DNA of 64,000 bases from Roseibacillus sp. GTDB lineage: Bacteria > Verrucomicrobiota > Verrucomicrobiia > Verrucomicrobiales > Akkermansiaceae. Of this stretch, positions 33,744 through 43,875 are shown piece by piece. Numbering within the stretch: the first letter of the stretch is position 1; every line of letters begins with the position of its first letter. The notes below the pieces were generated by a model. The model made no database searches and was not told the origin of the DNA. It saw nothing but the letters and a program-made list of their open reading frames with translations. The position numbers and the translations under genes were made by a program. Location of the stretch: positions 416,001 through 480,000 of the forward strand of contig JBPOGI010000001.1 of the NCBI GenBank assembly GCA_051251855.1, given 5' to 3'.

Positions 33744-34865
33744 CTAGCGCTCTTGAAAGCTACTTTGGTAGAGTTCCCAGGCGGAGCGTTGGACCCACTT
33801 CTCGGTCATCTGGCCATCGACGACCCTGGTGATGGTGATGCCGGTGAATTCGATGGGGCGGCGGTCGGGTTTGCTCTCGAACATGCCCCCGTTTTTACCC
33901 GAGCAGGTCCAGATGGTGATGACTCGTTCCCCATCTTCGGCGAGAAACATGTCGTCGATCTGAAAGCGCACGTCAGGGACCTTCGCTTGAAAATTTTCTA
34001 CCCACTTTTTGAAATTCTTTGGTCCTTTGATGGTGGTGCCAGCAGTGTGAATCTGGAAGTCCTTTGCAACTAAAGTATCGATAAGTTTGAGGTTGTGAGG
34101 AGGATTCCAGACTTCTTCCCAAAATTGCCGCATCACGATGAGAGGCGCCTTGGCGGCTTCGGGGTCGCCGAGTCGCTCGAGAGCGGAGGTGATTTGATCG
34201 GTAGTAGCACGATTGCGGTATTCGCTATCGAGGAAAGCCCAAGTGATGGTGCGGTCGGGAGCGATGACGTAGGTGGCGCTCAGGGGCATCATCTTTTCGT
34301 CGTAGTCGGCTCCATTGTGGTCCTTGAGGCCGGCATACTCGCGCATGGCCTGTTCTACGCCCGGAATCATTTGGAAGACGGTGCCGTATTTCTTGGCGAC
34401 CTCGTTGTTGAGGTCGGTGAGGACTTCGAAACCGAGGGAGAGCTCTTTTGAGTTGGCGAGGGCTTTGTCGGGGAGTTCAGGTGTGAGGGCAATGAGCTGG
34501 CCACCCGCGGCGGTGAAGTCTTCGAGGCGACTTTGATATTTGGCCAAGGTGAGATTGCAGTAGGGGCACCAGGAACCGCGATACCAAGTGAGGATCACGG
34601 GGCCGTCCTTGAGGAGGGCGCTGAGTGTGACCTCTATGCCGGTGGCGTTCTGTAGGGTGAAATCAGGAGCTTTGTCGCCAACGTTGAGGGCTTTGGTGAG
34701 CATTCCTGATTTGCGGACGGTATCGACGCCGAGTTGGTTTTCGGCGGCTTTCTCGGGGGTGACTCGTTTTTCGAAGGCGGTCTTGCGAGCGTCTAACTGG
34801 TCTTGGATATCTTCGCCTAAAAGAGCTGTTGAGAGGGCGAGGAGGGGGAGAAGGCTGGCCTTCAT
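33744..34865 (-). CDS. Exported AhpC/TSA peroxiredoxin-like (CxxC) protein fused to a SnoaL-like/ester cyclase domain
   Basis: Signal peptide, GDKAPDFTL, YRGSWCPYCN; C-terminal FWEEVWN...IEFTGITITRV.DG...E.W. Confidence 0.85.
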   Translation of the reverse strand: MKASLLPLLALSTALLGEDIQDQLDARKTAFEKRVTPEKAAENQLGVDTVRKSGMLTKALNVGDKAPDFTLQNATGIEVTLSALLKDGPVILTWYRGSWCPYCNLTLAKYQSRLEDFTAAGGQLIALTPELPDKALANSKELSLGFEVLTDLNNEVAKKYGTVFQMIPGVEQAMREYAGLKDHNGADYDEKMMPLSATYVIAPDRTITWAFLDSEYRNRATTDQITSALERLGDPEAAKAPLIVMRQFWEEVWNPPHNLKLIDTLVAKDFQIHTAGTTIKGPKNFKKWVENFQAKVPDVRFQIDDMFLAEDGERVITIWTCSGKNGGMFESKPDRRPIEFTGITITRVVDGQMTEKWVQRSAWELYQSSFQER

Positions 34866-34894
34866 CGAGCGAGAGTAGATTTGAGGTTAAGGTT

Positions 34895-34923
34895 AAAGAA
34901 GGCGGCCACTAAGGCCGCTCTTC
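34895..34923 (-). terminator. Intrinsic terminator between the two peroxiredoxin-like genes
   Basis: Minus strand gcggcc-ttagt-ggccgc-cttcttt. Confidence 0.6.
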
Positions 34924-34936
34924 CTAAGTGTGACTA

Positions 34937-35635
34937 CTATTTGGCGAGGGCTTCGAGGATTTGCTCGGGGGTGGCGCGGTTACGATATTCGGCGTCGAGG
35001 AAGGCATAGCTGATGCTGAGGTCGGGCTGAATAATGTAGGTAGCGCTGAGCGGAAGAGTGGTGTCGTCGTAGTCGTCGCCGTTGTATTTCTTGAGGTCCG
35101 CGAACTCACGCATGGCGTCTTCGACCCACTTGGTCATGGTGAAAACGAGGCCAAATTCTTTAGCGACTGCGCTGTTCAGATCGGTGAGGACTTCGAACTC
35201 CAAGGCGTGCTTTTCGGTGGTGGGGAGGGATTTGTCGGGGAGCTCGGGGGTGAGGGCGACGAACTGCGCGCCAGCTTCTTTGAACTTGGAAAGGTTGGCT
35301 TGGTAGCTTTGAAGAGCGATGTTGCAGTAGGGGCACCAGGAGCCGCGATACCAAGTGAGGATCACGGGGCCGTCCTTGAGGAGGGTGCTAAGGGTAACTT
35401 CCTTGCCGGTGGCGTTTTTGAGGGTGAAGTCAGGAGCCTTGTCGCCAACCTTGAGGGCTTTTTCGAGCATGCCGGATTTGATGACGGCTTCGATGCCCTT
35501 GTTGTATTCTTCGATTTTTTCGGCGGGGGCTTTTTCTTCGAAGGCGGCCTTGAATGCGTCGAGTTCGGTTTGGAGGTTTTCAGCTACGGTGTTCATAGTA
35601 GTCAATGCGAGGGTGAGAATGAGGGAGTATTTCAT
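34937..35635 (-). CDS. Exported AhpC/TSA peroxiredoxin-like (CxxC) protein
   Basis: Signal peptide MKYSLILTLALTT..., YRGSWCPYCN, LPLSATYII; paralog of the upstream-numbered fusion gene. Confidence 0.88.
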   Translation of the reverse strand: MKYSLILTLALTTMNTVAENLQTELDAFKAAFEEKAPAEKIEEYNKGIEAVIKSGMLEKALKVGDKAPDFTLKNATGKEVTLSTLLKDGPVILTWYRGSWCPYCNIALQSYQANLSKFKEAGAQFVALTPELPDKSLPTTEKHALEFEVLTDLNSAVAKEFGLVFTMTKWVEDAMREFADLKKYNGDDYDDTTLPLSATYIIQPDLSISYAFLDAEYRNRATPEQILEALAK

Positions 35636-35699
35636 GTTGGAACCTTTCAATTGGTAGGTTGTCTTTGTTGGAGAGGTGGGGAGTGATTCTATTCCCAAT

Positions 35700-37094
35700 T
35701 TATTTTGCGGATTTCCATTCGCCACCGAGGGCTTGGATGAGGTTGACGGCAGCGAGTTGGCGAGCGAGTTCGGTTTGGGTGAGGAGGCGTTCCTGCTCGA
35801 GGGTTTGGCGCTCGGTTTCGGTCACTTCGAAAAGGGAGTCGAGACCGCCTTCGTAACGGGCGCGCACTAGGCGTGCAGTACGCTGGGAAGCTTGGGAGGC
35901 TTTGGTTTGCGCGGCGAGGGCTTGGTCGAGGCTGCGGGTTCCGAGGAGGGCGTTTTCGGTGTCGCGAATGGCGACGAGGAGGGCTTGGCGGTAGTTGGCG
36001 AGTGCTTCGCGGAATTGGGCTTCGGCGCGCGCTTTGTCGGACTTGATACGGCCTCCTTGAATGATGGGAGTGAAGAGGCTGGGTCCGAGGGAGTAGAAGG
36101 CCGACTTGGGGTTGAAGATGTCGGCGGCTTCGAGGGACCGAGCGCCGCCGATTCCGGTGAGGGAAAGTCGTGGGAGATAAGTGGAGATGGCGATGCCGAC
36201 GCCTTCGTTGCTGGCGGCGAGACGACGCTCGGCTGCCACGATGTCAGGACGGCGGCGGAGAAGGTCGGAGGGCACGCCGCTGGGGATGCGAGGGATGTGA
36301 GCATTGGTGACTCGGGAGGCGACGTTGAAAGTGGAGGCTGCTTCGCCAGTGAGTGCGGCGAGGGCGTTTTCGAGTTCGCCGCGACGTTGGGCAAGGCGGG
36401 CGATATCGGCGCGGGTGGACTGGTATTCGGTCTCGGCACGGGCAACGTCGAGGCCACTGGCGGTGCCCGCGGTCTTGCGTGAGTTGGTCAGGTCGAGGCG
36501 TTGTTTGCGCAGGGCGCTGGTTTGATCGAGGAGGGCGATTTCGCGATCGAGTGAGCGGAGGGTGAGGTAGTTGCGGGCGACTTCGCCTTGCAGGGAAAGG
36601 AGGGCGGAGCCGTAGTCGGACTCGGCGGCGGAGAGGTTGGCGTCGGCTTGGGCGACACCGCGACGGATGCGACCCCAGAGGTCGACCTCGTAGGCGAGGG
36701 TCAATTGGGCGTCGTATTGACGAAAGGCTCCTCCGGAGTCAGGGAGGCGGGTGCTGCGGCTATCGAGACGTTGGTTGCCTGCGAGGTCGGCGACGAGGGA
36801 GGGAGATTGGTCAGCGCGGGAAAGGCCTAACATGGCGCGGGATTGGTCGATTCGAGCGAGGGCTGCGGCGAGGTCTTGATTGTTGTTTTTAGCTTTTTTG
36901 AGAAGGCGGTTGAGTTCGGAGTCGCGGAAGGCGGTATAAGGGTCGCCGGTGGCGGGTGGGGCTGGCCAGTTGGCGTTTTTGAAGGCGTTGGGGAGGTTGT
37001 CGGAGGGCTTTGTGTAGTTGGGGCCAATGTTGGTGCAGGACGAGACGAGGAGGCAGAGGCTGGAAAGAAGTGCTGGGAAAAGGGTGCGTTGCAT
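35700..37094 (-). CDS. RND efflux outer-membrane lipoprotein (NodT family)
   Basis: VSS|C lipobox, YEVDLWGRIRR, PSDLLRRRPDI, LIQALGG.W. Confidence 0.93.
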   Translation of the reverse strand: MQRTLFPALLSSLCLLVSSCTNIGPNYTKPSDNLPNAFKNANWPAPPATGDPYTAFRDSELNRLLKKAKNNNQDLAAALARIDQSRAMLGLSRADQSPSLVADLAGNQRLDSRSTRLPDSGGAFRQYDAQLTLAYEVDLWGRIRRGVAQADANLSAAESDYGSALLSLQGEVARNYLTLRSLDREIALLDQTSALRKQRLDLTNSRKTAGTASGLDVARAETEYQSTRADIARLAQRRGELENALAALTGEAASTFNVASRVTNAHIPRIPSGVPSDLLRRRPDIVAAERRLAASNEGVGIAISTYLPRLSLTGIGGARSLEAADIFNPKSAFYSLGPSLFTPIIQGGRIKSDKARAEAQFREALANYRQALLVAIRDTENALLGTRSLDQALAAQTKASQASQRTARLVRARYEGGLDSLFEVTETERQTLEQERLLTQTELARQLAAVNLIQALGGEWKSAK

Positions 37095-37137
37095 TGCTTG
37101 GAAAGGTGGGTTGTTAGACAGGATTGACGGGGTTGGT

Positions 37138-37165
37138 GGGGCCGGTCGAAGACCAGCGCTCCCAG
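37138..37165. repeat. REP-like repeat gccggtcg.agacc.gcgctcc; copies at 48427-48455 and, degenerate, 29202-29225
   Basis: Similar hairpin-forming units at intergenic sites. Confidence 0.6.
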
Positions 37166-37168
37166 TGT

Positions 37169-40100
37169 TTAGGCGTTGCGGGGTGCTGGTACGAGGTTGA
37201 GGATGATGGAGAGGACGGCGGGCACTAGGAACATGGTGAAAATGGTGGAGACAGCGAGGCCGCCGACAACGACAGCTCCTAAGCCACGGTAGAGTTCGGA
37301 GCCGCTGCCGGGAAGAAGGACGAGCGGCAGCATTCCGCCGACGGAAGTGAGCGTGGACATGAGAATGGGACGCACGCGCGAGCGGACGGATTCCCGGATG
37401 GCGTCGTTGGGTGTCATCTCGTCATCCTCGCGAAGGAAGTTGAGGGCCTGGTGCACGATGAGGATGGCATTATTGACCACAACTCCAGCCAGAATGATGA
37501 AGCCCAGCATGGTGAGGACGTCGAGTTGTTGCACCGGCATATAGGGGTCGGCGAGAGACCACTTGTGCACGAGAAAGAGACCGAGGAATCCGCCGAAAGT
37601 GGCGAGAGGAACCGAGAGGAGAATGACGAGCGGGTAGGACCAGCTTTGGAAGAGGATGACGAGAAGGAGGTAGATGACGAGGAGGGCCAGCACCACGGAG
37701 GAGGTGAGGGTGGCGAAGAAAGTGCCGTCGCCGATGAGGGCTTTGGTGATTTCGGCCAGGGCTCCGGCGGAACCTGCGATTTCGACTTGGGTGCCGGGGG
37801 CGACGCCGCCTTGGTCGCGCAGGGTTTGGATGAGTCCTTCAACTTGGGTGATGGCGTCTTCGAGGGCGACTCCGGGAGGAGGGGTGACTTCGAGGGTGAC
37901 GGCGCGAAGGCGGTCGACATGACGGATTTGTTCGGGGCCCTGCACGCGTTCGAGGGTCGCGAGGCTGCGGAGGTCGAGGACGGCTCCGGTGGGAGTGGCG
38001 ACGGGGGTGTCGAGGAGGCTTTCGAAAGGTCTCTCGGAAAGGGCGTCTTGGTTGATGATTTTGATGTCCTTGAGTTCTCCGCTTTGTTCGTAGTCGCGGA
38101 AGAGAAGGATGCCTTCGCCAGCGGCTTGCACCGCGAGTCCGAGGTCGCTGCGGGTCATGCCGACTTCGCGTAGGCGCTCGTCATCGGGGACGATGCGGAC
38201 TTCTTCCAGGGGGAAAGCGAAGTTCGGGGGCGAGGGTTGTGTTTTTCCCGGGCCAAAGGCACCCATGAGCATGCCGAAGAGTTGGCCTGAGGTCTGGCCC
38301 ACGGAATCGAGGTCGTTGCCGCGAATGTCAATTTTGATGGCGGATCCGGTGGTTCCGGCGACCCGGAAGAGGGGGAGCTGGAAGGCGAAGGAAAAGGTGT
38401 CGGGGATATTCGCGGTGGCGTGGTTGAGGAGCGGGAGGGCGTCGACGACTCGTTTTTTATCTTTCGAAATGCCCACTTGGAACATGCGGCCCTCGAAGGA
38501 AACGAGGAAGTAATGGTCGAGCTCGGGAGGAAGAACGGAAGGCGGTGCGCCGGGACCTGCGGGAACCTTGGTACGGTTATCGACTCCGGCAGAGAACTCG
38601 CCGCGTTCTTTGGTTTCGATTTGGAATTTGTCTTCGGTGGTGAGCCAGACGGGTTCGATGACTTCTTCGATACGTTCGCCGACGTCGGAGAGTTGGTCGA
38701 GGTTGTAGGTGGGGGGCGGGAAGAGAAGGGAGAAAACGACGTTACGGTTTCCGGCGGGAAGGTAGTCGCGCGGAGGAAGAAGAATGGCGGTGCCGAAGAT
38801 GGTGAGGGCGGTGAAGGCGAGAATGACGAAGAGGCGGATGGGCCAAGTTCGGTTGATGGTAGCCACGATTTTGGCGACAAGATCTGGAAGGGCATTGAAG
38901 AGCCAGAAAAAGGGGCGGAAAGGTAGGCCGAGGATTTTGAAGAAGGGGTTGGAGAAGGTTTTGTCGAAGCTGCTTTTCTTTTCACTGTCTTCTTTGCTGC
39001 TGAGGAGTCGGGCCGCAGCGGCGGGGATGACGGTGAGAGAGACGACCATGGAAAGACCGACGGCGGCCATGATGGCGAGGGCGATGTCGCGGAAGAGTTG
39101 TCCTGCGGTCTCTTGGATCATGAGGATGGGGGCGAAGACAATGAGGGTGGTCATGGTGGAGGCGAGGACCGCTCCGGCGACTTCCTTGGTGCCGTCAGCG
39201 GCGGCTTGGAGAGGGTTTTTCCCCATCTCGAGGTGGCGGTAGATGTTCTCGATGACCACGATGGCGTTGTCGACCACCATGCCGATGGCGAAGGCGAGTC
39301 CGGCGAGAGAAATGATATTGATAGAGCGTCCGAGGGCCACGAGCACGACGAGGGAGGTGACCACAGAGACGGGAATAGCGATGGCGATGATGCCGACGGT
39401 GCGGATGGAGCGCAGGAAAAAGAGGAGGGTCATGGTGGCAAGAAGACCGCCGACGAGAAGGTTGGAGCGGACGAGGTCGATGGCGTCTTCGACATAGGTG
39501 GTGGAGTCGTAGGTTTGGACCAGTTCGAGGGTGCCGTCGAGTCCGAGGTTGGCGGCGTGAGCGGGGAGGAGTTCTTCGTTGAGGGCGGCGACTTCGGCTT
39601 GGAGCGCGTCCATGGTTTCTAACAGGTTGGCTCCGCGTTGAAGCTGGAAGTTGAAGAAGGGCATGCGGTGGCCCCGGGCGCGGACCCAAGAGTTGGGTTC
39701 TTTGTAGGCCATTTCAATGGTGGCGATGTCGCCGAGGTAAACGGTGCCGGAGGCGTCGCGGCGGAGGACGGTCTCGCGAATGGAGGCGAGATCGTCAAAG
39801 CGGCCGGTGGCGCGGAGGCGGAGATCGCGTTTGCCATCGACGATGCGGCCTCCCGAGAAGTTGGCATTGGCGCTTTGAATAGCGGAGCGGAGAATGGCGT
39901 AGGTGATGTTGCGTTGAGCGAGGGCTTCGGGGTCGACTTTGATGTGCAGCTCGGATTGCACCGCTCCTCGGATGCCGACTTGGGAAATGCCGTCAATGCG
40001 CTCAAAACGAGGCTTAATACGGCGCTCCATGAGGTCGAAGAGGGTTTGAGCAGGGAAGGCGGGATCGGAAGAAGACAGGCCGATCCAGGCGATGTAGTCA

Positions 40101-40507
40101 ACGGACTCGATATCGACGGGCTCGACGACGGGCTGGAGGACTCCGGCGGGGTAACCCGGGACTTCGTCGAGCTTTTGCAGGACTTCGGCATTGGCCACCG
40201 CGATGTCGGTACCGGTTTCGAACTCGAGGCGAATGGATCCTTGGCCCGCGGCGGAGGTCGAGGTCATGGAGACGAGGCCGGTGGTCTCGCCAAGAACCTT
40301 TTCCTGTTCCTCGATGATGTCTGATTCGATCTCCTCGGCGGAAGCGGATTCCCAGTTGGTGACCACTGACACGACCACGGAAGAGACTTCGGGAGTCATC
40401 CGGATGGGGACGAGGGCGATGGCGAGAATGCCGGCGAAGGTGGCGAGGAGAACACCCACCGCCACGGTGATGGGTTGCTTGATAGCAGCGTCGATGAGAC
40501 CTTTCAT
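37169..40507 (-). CDS. RND efflux permease (AcrB/HAE1 family)
   Basis: GMVVDNAIVVIENI, GVVVNNAIL, SRVRPILMS, about 1100 aa. Confidence 0.95.
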   Translation of the reverse strand: MKGLIDAAIKQPITVAVGVLLATFAGILAIALVPIRMTPEVSSVVVSVVTNWESASAEEIESDIIEEQEKVLGETTGLVSMTSTSAAGQGSIRLEFETGTDIAVANAEVLQKLDEVPGYPAGVLQPVVEPVDIESVDYIAWIGLSSSDPAFPAQTLFDLMERRIKPRFERIDGISQVGIRGAVQSELHIKVDPEALAQRNITYAILRSAIQSANANFSGGRIVDGKRDLRLRATGRFDDLASIRETVLRRDASGTVYLGDIATIEMAYKEPNSWVRARGHRMPFFNFQLQRGANLLETMDALQAEVAALNEELLPAHAANLGLDGTLELVQTYDSTTYVEDAIDLVRSNLLVGGLLATMTLLFFLRSIRTVGIIAIAIPVSVVTSLVVLVALGRSINIISLAGLAFAIGMVVDNAIVVIENIYRHLEMGKNPLQAAADGTKEVAGAVLASTMTTLIVFAPILMIQETAGQLFRDIALAIMAAVGLSMVVSLTVIPAAAARLLSSKEDSEKKSSFDKTFSNPFFKILGLPFRPFFWLFNALPDLVAKIVATINRTWPIRLFVILAFTALTIFGTAILLPPRDYLPAGNRNVVFSLLFPPPTYNLDQLSDVGERIEEVIEPVWLTTEDKFQIETKERGEFSAGVDNRTKVPAGPGAPPSVLPPELDHYFLVSFEGRMFQVGISKDKKRVVDALPLLNHATANIPDTFSFAFQLPLFRVAGTTGSAIKIDIRGNDLDSVGQTSGQLFGMLMGAFGPGKTQPSPPNFAFPLEEVRIVPDDERLREVGMTRSDLGLAVQAAGEGILLFRDYEQSGELKDIKIINQDALSERPFESLLDTPVATPTGAVLDLRSLATLERVQGPEQIRHVDRLRAVTLEVTPPPGVALEDAITQVEGLIQTLRDQGGVAPGTQVEIAGSAGALAEITKALIGDGTFFATLTSSVVLALLVIYLLLVILFQSWSYPLVILLSVPLATFGGFLGLFLVHKWSLADPYMPVQQLDVLTMLGFIILAGVVVNNAILIVHQALNFLREDDEMTPNDAIRESVRSRVRPILMSTLTSVGGMLPLVLLPGSGSELYRGLGAVVVGGLAVSTIFTMFLVPAVLSIILNLVPAPRNA

Positions 40508-40528
40508 AGCGTTGTTGTTAGATGGAGA

Positions 40529-41800
40529 CTACTTGCTGCTAGCGAGAGGTTCAGGAGCCTGAAGAGCAGTCTGCTCGGCGGTAGGCTGAGGGGGCTCAAA
40601 GAGTAGAGGAGTCATGGGAAAAAGGCGTTCGTTTCCTTCAATAACAACGACGTCGCTCTCGTTGAGAGCATCGGACTCGAGGAAGACGATACCTTCTTGT
40701 TGAAAGAGAATTTTGACGGGTAAACGCTCGGCAATGGCTGGTCCACCTTCGCTTTTCTTGGCGCGAAACACAGCGGGCCCGGCAAAGGTGGTGACGACGG
40801 CATCAGCGGGGACGGAAAGGCGTGGAGTATCGTCGGAGACTGCGACTTCGGCGGTAACAGAGAGGCCGGGGACGAGCAGACCATCGGGATCCGCAATGTC
40901 GGCAATGAGGGTGACAACACGGCTGGCGGCATCGGCCTCGGGGACGGCGCGTAGGTTGGTGGCGGGATGGATTTTGCCACCGATTTCGACGGTGATGTTC
41001 GCAGTGCCGAGACTAGCAGCGTAGCGCTCGGGGATTTGCAGCCAGGCCTCGAGTTGGCCATCGGAGACCAGAGTAAGAACCGGGTCGCCGGGGCGAAGCC
41101 ATTCACCGGGTTCGGCGTGGCGAGTGACAACACGAGCATTAAAGGGAGCACGAATGACGAGGTCGTCTTTGCGCACTTGAAGGAGTTTGAGGGCTGCGGC
41201 GGCCGCGGAGACGGAATCGCGGGAAGCTTTGACCTGTGAAATAGTGACCTTGGAAGCGCGCTCGGCGTCGAGGAATTCGGACTCGGAAATGGCTTCTTCG
41301 TTAAAGAGCTTTCGCTTCATGGCGAGGTCGGTGTCAGTACGGTTTTTCTCGGCTTCGCGCTGGGTGATGACGGAGCGGGCAGCGGTGAGAGTCGCTTGGG
41401 CTTGTGCCATTTGAGCTTCCAGACGGCGGGCATCGAGACGAACAAGAATTTGGTGTTGCTCGACTTTGCTCCCTTCATCAGCGAGCACTTCGAGGACAGC
41501 TCCCTCCTCGCGTGCTGCGACATCGGCGCGTTGAGCGGCTCGGAGAGAACCCACCACGCGGTGAACGTTTTGGGCTGTAACTTTCAGGACCGGAGCAACC
41601 ACCACTTGGCTCGGAGGAGGGCCTCCGCCTTGTTGGGGAGCGGCAGCGGGCTCTTCTTGATTCGTTTTTTGGAGAGTTTTCATACCGAACCAGATTCCGA
41701 CACCAAGGATGGTAGCGGGGATGAGGATTCGGGCGGCAGAAGCGAGGGCGTTGCCAGAGCGTTTGGGAGATTCATTCTCCGTGTTTTCGGATTGGGACAT
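40529..41800 (-). CDS. RND efflux periplasmic adaptor (MFP)
   Basis: N-terminal TM, lipoyl-like DEGSKV, IRAPF, EPGEW..PG, LVPGLSV. Confidence 0.92.
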   Translation of the reverse strand: MSQSENTENESPKRSGNALASAARILIPATILGVGIWFGMKTLQKTNQEEPAAAPQQGGGPPPSQVVVAPVLKVTAQNVHRVVGSLRAAQRADVAAREEGAVLEVLADEGSKVEQHQILVRLDARRLEAQMAQAQATLTAARSVITQREAEKNRTDTDLAMKRKLFNEEAISESEFLDAERASKVTISQVKASRDSVSAAAAALKLLQVRKDDLVIRAPFNARVVTRHAEPGEWLRPGDPVLTLVSDGQLEAWLQIPERYAASLGTANITVEIGGKIHPATNLRAVPEADAASRVVTLIADIADPDGLLVPGLSVTAEVAVSDDTPRLSVPADAVVTTFAGPAVFRAKKSEGGPAIAERLPVKILFQQEGIVFLESDALNESDVVVIEGNERLFPMTPLLFEPPQPTAEQTALQAPEPLASSK

Positions 41801-41823
41801 GGTGCGTTGTGTCGGTAAAGTAG

Positions 41824-41839
41824 ATGACCGTCTGGTCAA
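41824..41839. promoter_or_regulatory. Putative TetR operator upstream of the MFP gene
   Basis: aTGACC-gtct-GGTCAa palindrome lying between minus-strand TTAAAT and TACTTT boxes. Confidence 0.7.
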
Positions 41840-41857
41840 ATTTAATTTTGGAAGCAA

Positions 41858-42484
41858 TTAGGCTGCCGAGGCGAGTGAGATGGTAGCGAGTTGGAGGCCT
41901 GCGAGACGTCCGAGTCCTTCGGGAAGACTGAGGAGAGGAGTGAGGCTGTTCTGAATGCGGGCTTGAGCGAAACTGCCGTGAAGAAAGTTGTAGATGGCGC
42001 GTGAGGTTGCCTCGGGGTCTGCGATGTCAGTGAGGTTGTCGGCGAGAGCGTCCCGGAGGGTTGACGTGAGGTAGCCACGGAAGTGATCGAGATAGCCATT
42101 GATGGCGGAGGCAAGTTCGGGTTCGAGGGTGGAAATCTCTTGGGCAACGTTGCAAAAAGGGCATCCTAGGATGCGGTCGTGTTGTTCCTTTTGTTGAATC
42201 GCTACTTCAAAGTCTGCGTGGATGAGCGCCTCGAATCGTTCTTGAGGAGACTTACTGGCAGAGAAGATTTCGTCCAAATGGGGGCGGCTGTCGGTTTCCC
42301 ACAGATGTGCGAAAGCGGCGATAGCGAGTTCTGCTTTTGATTTGTAGAAGTAGTAGAAAGAGCCCTTCTTGACCTCGGCCTTCTCGCAAATGGCATCGAT
42401 GGTAACTGCGGAGTAGCATTGATTCCAGATGAGGCTGATGAGAGCTTCTTGAAGCTGGAGGGGAGCAGTGGAGGTTCGGCCCAT
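41858..42484 (-). CDS. TetR/AcrR family regulator (NemR-like, Cys-rich)
   Basis: HTH VTIDAICEKAEVKKGSFYYFYKSK, GCPFCN..E. Confidence 0.92.
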   Translation of the reverse strand: MGRTSTAPLQLQEALISLIWNQCYSAVTIDAICEKAEVKKGSFYYFYKSKAELAIAAFAHLWETDSRPHLDEIFSASKSPQERFEALIHADFEVAIQQKEQHDRILGCPFCNVAQEISTLEPELASAINGYLDHFRGYLTSTLRDALADNLTDIADPEATSRAIYNFLHGSFAQARIQNSLTPLLSLPEGLGRLAGLQLATISLASAA

Positions 42485-42490
42485 GGAGGG

Positions 42491-42520
42491 ACTTTACTTG
42501 ACTAATTGGTCAAGTAAAGT
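42491..42520. promoter_or_regulatory. TetR autoregulatory operator overlapping a -10 box
   Basis: actttacttgac-taattg-gtcaagtaaagt (12-bp perfect arms), 6 nt upstream of the ATG. Confidence 0.8.
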
Positions 42521-42592
42521 GGTTTTTCTGATTTGGGAGGTCGTCTGAGAGAAGGGTTGGTAGTGAGAGGCGGTTCAGTGTAAGTGAAAGGC

Positions 42593-43345
42593 ATGATTTT
42601 TCCTTTAAGTGATGATGACCGACATTTGACGGGGCCGGGTAAGGTGACGTTGACGTTGATTATTTTGAATGTCCTCTTGTTCGGCTACCAATCGATGAAC
42701 CCCGATTTTACTTTGGGTTGGAGTGTGATTCCCAAGGAAATGGTGACGGGGGTAGATTTAGTGGATAACCAAATTGTGGAGGGACCCGGTGGTCAGCAGG
42801 TGGAGGTTCCGCAAGCGCCGGGGCCGGGCTTCATCTATTTCACGGTCATTTCAGCGATGTTTATGCACGGTGGTCTAGCGCACATTGGAGGAAACATGCT
42901 CTATCTCTGGATTTTTGGAGACAATGTTGAGCACCGGTTTGGTTCGGTGAAGTTCTTGGTCTTTTATCTTTTGAGCGGCCTGGCAGCGACGGTGGCTCAG
43001 ATTCTAATGGGGCCGGAGAGTGTGATTCCGAACTTGGGGGCCTCGGGTGCGATCTCGGGAGTGATGGGAGCCTACTTGGTGCTCTTTCCCAAGAATCGGG
43101 TGAATGCGGTCTTTTTGTTTCGGATGATTTCGATACCAGCGATTGTGGTGCTGGGAATGTGGATCGCGATGCAGCTGTTCAGTGGCTATGGCACGCTGGG
43201 GCAGAATTCGCAGACCGGTGGGGTGGCTTATGCGGCTCACATTGGTGGGTTCGTTGCGGGGGTGGTTGCTGGGTTGGTAGCGAAGGTGTTGATGAAGAAG
43301 GAGCCGCAGGATCGTAAGTATGGGGTGTATACGCTGAAGGGGTAG
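42593..43345 (+). CDS. Rhomboid family intramembrane serine protease
   Basis: MFMHGG..HI.GNM, GASGAISG, AHIGGF. Confidence 0.93.
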   Translation: MIFPLSDDDRHLTGPGKVTLTLIILNVLLFGYQSMNPDFTLGWSVIPKEMVTGVDLVDNQIVEGPGGQQVEVPQAPGPGFIYFTVISAMFMHGGLAHIGGNMLYLWIFGDNVEHRFGSVKFLVFYLLSGLAATVAQILMGPESVIPNLGASGAISGVMGAYLVLFPKNRVNAVFLFRMISIPAIVVLGMWIAMQLFSGYGTLGQNSQTGGVAYAAHIGGFVAGVVAGLVAKVLMKKEPQDRKYGVYTLKG

Positions 43346-43417
43346 AAGAGCCTTTTACCTAGTGTTAGGATACAGAACGTTCTTCTAGCAGGTTGAAAAA
43401 TTTGCTCTTCTCTTTTG

Positions 43418-43813
43418 ATGCCAAGTCGAACGACTCACACAAAGCCTGGAACCCACAAGGTGATGAAGGCTATGGCCTATGAAAGTACGGTGGTGAGTTG
43501 GCTGATGCAGGATGGCTGGCAGGTCTTTCTTCCTATTCTCGACCATGGGCATAAGACCGATATTTTGATTTCCGATGGGCCTCATTTTCATCGAATTCAA
43601 ATCAAGACGGTCGAGGCCTCAGGTGAACAACATATTGTTCCCAATCTTTGGAAGGACAGTCATTGTGACTATGTGATCTTTTTTGCTCGGAATTCAACTT
43701 GGGGTTATGTCGCACCTGCTTTTGTCGAAAAGAATCGACCGCTGAATCATAAGGAGCATCAGAGATTCAATAAGAACCAGAAAGAGTTTTTGAAGGCGTT
43801 TCATAAAATCTAG
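43418..43813 (+). CDS. Small PD-(D/E)XK nuclease-like protein
   Basis: E...V..L...GW.VF.P....H..D.LI......RIQIKT pattern. Confidence 0.6.
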   Translation: MPSRTTHTKPGTHKVMKAMAYESTVVSWLMQDGWQVFLPILDHGHKTDILISDGPHFHRIQIKTVEASGEQHIVPNLWKDSHCDYVIFFARNSTWGYVAPAFVEKNRPLNHKEHQRFNKNQKEFLKAFHKI

Positions 43814-43875
43814 CGTTATCATTTCAAGAAACTGCAGGGGTCGGTAGGCTCAGGAAGAATCCTGTTTTGGTGAGG

